From NCBI RefSeq assembly GCF_006345805.1, contig NC_042999.1, forward strand, positions 107,756,001 to 107,820,000: a DNA stretch of 64,000 nt, given 5' to 3'. Below are positions 62,645 to 64,000 of the stretch, piece after piece; the first letter of the stretch is position 1, and each line of letters begins with the position of its first letter. The position numbers were made by a program, and so were the translations under genes. The notes beneath the pieces are model-generated. The model was given only the letters and a program-made list of their open reading frames with translations. It was not told the origin of the DNA and did no database searches. Source of the DNA: Octopus sinensis (Eukaryota).

Positions 62645-64000
62645 ATTTTATTACTACCCACAAGGGGCGAACATAGAGGGGACAATACAATCTGATGTGG
62701 GGTCAGACATACGGATGGTTTTTACAAAAATTCGGATTTAAAAATAACATGAAATTACAAGAATATACACAAAATCGAATGATGAAACAGACCGGAAGAC
62801 ATTACAGGTGGAGTGGGTGCGGGTTTATCTCGGACCCCACGAGCCCCGCCTCCCCACTGATACTTTTGGTTGCGCTTGGTATTACCATTTATGTTGTATC
62901 TTTCACTCGCAACTTCCGTGCCACATCTTTCCATCGTTCTTCATACACTCTCCTAGTCAGGCATATTCTCTCCAGCCCTATCTTCCTTTTCAGGTGAAAG
63001 ATGAAATAATTCATCAAACCAGGGCCAGAGATGAACTTGCCTGCCTGTAAACCTTTCACTCTCGTCTTCCATATCACCTCTTTCGCAATTGCTACTACAA
63101 CGAGAAAACGAAACTTACCTTCATTCACGAGGAAATCCGGTGGGTCAATTTTTGTAATCGACTCAGTCGACAGCTGTACTCTTCGTGTACCTGACAACAG
63201 CTGTTCGGCATAAACCCACACCTCAGACACGTCCGGACAATGAACAATAGCGTGCGGGACGGTTTCCCTATCCCGCCCGCATCTTGGACATATCGGACTG
63301 TCTCGGCCACCGTGCCTTGCGAGTTTATCCCGAACAGGTAGAGCTCCTCTGTAGCATTGCCATGCCAGAGACTTCTGGAAGTTGTCCAGTGTCCTCGGCT
63401 TGAACGTACGTCGGAACAGACTGGCCAGCTGATTATCGTCGAGACCTAGGGTTTCCCCCAAGGTATCTTCACATTCCGCCTCTACCAACCCTCTATAGAA
63501 GAATGTGGTGGAACCCCCACCGCAGGCGTTGCCCGAGCGACGGAATAGCAGGAGAGCCTTGCGACACTCCGTGTACCAAGTACCGAGTTTCGATCTACGA
63601 TTCAGCCAGGTTTCCCGTCCACCGAAACTAGTGAACTTGGGAAACATCAGTTTTGCTAACGGAGACCACACCCGTTCACCATCCAGGTAGAGCCACAGAT
63701 GTCTTAACCTCAGCGCATGTCTGCGCATCATCAGCCAAGGCATCCCTAGCCCACCCTTTAACGGTTGTTGACAGCAAGTAGAGCGTTTCACAAGTGGTTT
63801 CCTACCCTTCCACAAGAAGTAGAAGAGCTGTCTTTCCAACTTGGTCAACCACGAATCGGGGCAAGGAACGACGGAAAGGCGGTAGGTGATAACCGATGCG
63901 ATAAACACATTGGCCACCTCCGCCCTCCCTTTCAAGGATAGCCACCGCCAAGACCAGGTCTTGGCTACTGCAGCCACCTTGCTCGTTACCTCGCCCCAAT
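62645..64000 (-). mobile_element. Tx1/L1-clade LINE 3' part, running off the window edge
   Basis: Open ORF2 C-terminus, about 200-nt 3' UTR and a tail ending ..gtcccctctatgttcgccccttgtgggtagtaataaaat. Confidence 0.9.
62889..64000 (-). CDS. Tx1/L1 ORF2 C-terminus with zf-RVT zinc-binding motif (partial)
   Basis: WSWRWLSLKGRAEVAN, FLWKGR, KGGLGMP, SLAWQCYRGALPVR, CPRCGRDRETVPHAIVHC. The frame stays open to position 64000. Confidence 0.92.
   Translation of the reverse strand, partial: WGEVTSKVAAVAKTWSWRWLSLKGRAEVANVFIASVITYRLSVVPCPDSWLTKLERQLFYFLWKGRKPLVKRSTCCQQPLKGGLGMPWLMMRRHALRLRHLWLYLDGERVWSPLAKLMFPKFTSFGGRETWLNRRSKLGTWYTECRKALLLFRRSGNACGGGSTTFFYRGLVEAECEDTLGETLGLDDNQLASLFRRTFKPRTLDNFQKSLAWQCYRGALPVRDKLARHGGRDSPICPRCGRDRETVPHAIVHCPDVSEVWVYAEQLLSGTRRVQLSTESITKIDPPDFLVNEGKFRFLVVVAIAKEVIWKTRVKGLQAGKFISGPGLMNYFIFHLKRKIGLERICLTRRVYEERWKDVARKLRVKDTT

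Overview
AT-rich, repeat-dense eukaryotic DNA. The repeat families point to an octopod cephalopod, most likely Octopus (inference from recognition, not a database search). The window is dominated by tRNA-derived SINEs (at least four families), microsatellites and fragments of six non-LTR retrotransposon lineages: a PHD-finger RTE, a BovB-like RTE, CR1/L2-like, R4/Dong-like, CRE-like and Tx1/L1. It also holds a mariner transposase remnant and several hAT-type MITEs. Only two long ORFs are real, and both belong to TEs: a young 5'-truncated RTE RT+PHD ORF (28292-30091, +) and the C-terminus of a Tx1/L1 ORF2 (62889-64000, -). Most other ORF-track entries are microsatellite or SINE artefacts. Small candidate exons with canonical splice signals suggest an unidentified plus-strand host gene across about 3.6-37 kb. 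CpG is depleted left of about 38 kb and retained to the right, near a promoter-like region at about 39.7 kb. Best leads: (1) a roughly 45-nt 3' tail shared by the Tx1 LINE and one SINE subfamily; (2) a higher-order tandem array in the RTE 3' UTR; (3) a near-perfect 131-bp foldback around a CORE-SINE next to a CRE relic; (4) a template-switch hairpin in an RTE tail; (5) hAT MITEs with 8-bp TSDs inside SINEs; (6) a nested SINE-in-SINE with both TSD pairs intact. Element edges are estimated by eye unless a TSD or splice site fixes them.
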